Shown: piece after piece, positions 63,627-64,000 of the stretch
Layout: each line of letters starts with the position of its first letter
How positions within the stretch are numbered: position 1 is the stretch's first letter
Source of the DNA: Calcarisporiella thermophila CBS 279.70
Taxonomy: Eukaryota > Fungi > Calcarisporiellomycota
DNA length: 64,000 nucleotides
Direction of reading: 5' to 3'
Assembly: GCF_041956535.1 (NCBI RefSeq)
Contig: NW_027192214.1
Coordinates: 97,687-161,686, forward strand
The notes under the pieces: generated by a model
Seen by the model: only the letters and a program-made list of their open reading frames with translations
Database searches by the model: none
What the model was told of the DNA's origin: nothing
Made by a program: the position numbers and the translations under genes

Positions 63627-64000
63627 TCCTTAAATTCTCTCTACCACAACGAAGTTATTTAGGATTAAAGAATGGTTTTAGACAAGTTCCTGAGTTATGC
63701 TTAAAAGATCCCATCAAAAATTAAGTGTGGCTTGCCATCTATAGATTAAAAACCCCTTCAATCTTAATGTCAATATGGAGATAATCAAGGCCTACACAGA
63801 TGTGCTCTAATATGCATAGTTTTTTGTAGTTGCAAAATTCAAATCAGAGTTATCAGAGTATGATGAATCATCAGCCATAGAATAAAATAGAGAAGCAATA
63901 TATGATTTTCCCTGGTTTAGTTCAAAGCTTTGTTTATTTGAAAAATGTATGCGTGATTAAATAAAGATAACTTGAATAGGCTATACTAACTACAGACTCA

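Overview
Eukaryotic, intron-containing, gene-dense fungal DNA; the gene repertoire suggests an early-diverging fungus (inference). The first ~10.5 kb is a retroelement nest. It holds a decayed L1/Tx1-type LINE whose middle part is duplicated as a ~385-bp inverted repeat, and a nearly intact non-chromoviral Ty3/Gypsy element (LTRs mostly in N-gaps, tRNA-Val-type PBS, PPT, -1 frameshift signal, frameshifted integrase). It also holds two related tRNA-headed SINE-like elements stacked in one target site, with three copies of a 15-bp TSD. From ~11.9 kb to the end are about 20 spliced genes: an EOS1-like/GT31/GT32 fusion glycosyltransferase, a DUF1752 protein, a PPR protein, an MFS transporter, a CLIP-170 homologue, an ASH1-like GATA factor, a PWWP protein, MCM1, a ZZ/EF-hand protein, a synaptojanin-like phosphatase, TIM9 (absent from the ORF track), RPS2, a small CRIB protein, RMD1, an unknown protein, PSD1, FCF1, PHB2, DBP4, and a Cid1-family nucleotidyltransferase with tandem winged-helix-like repeats. 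All calls are from motif recognition by eye; no searches were run.
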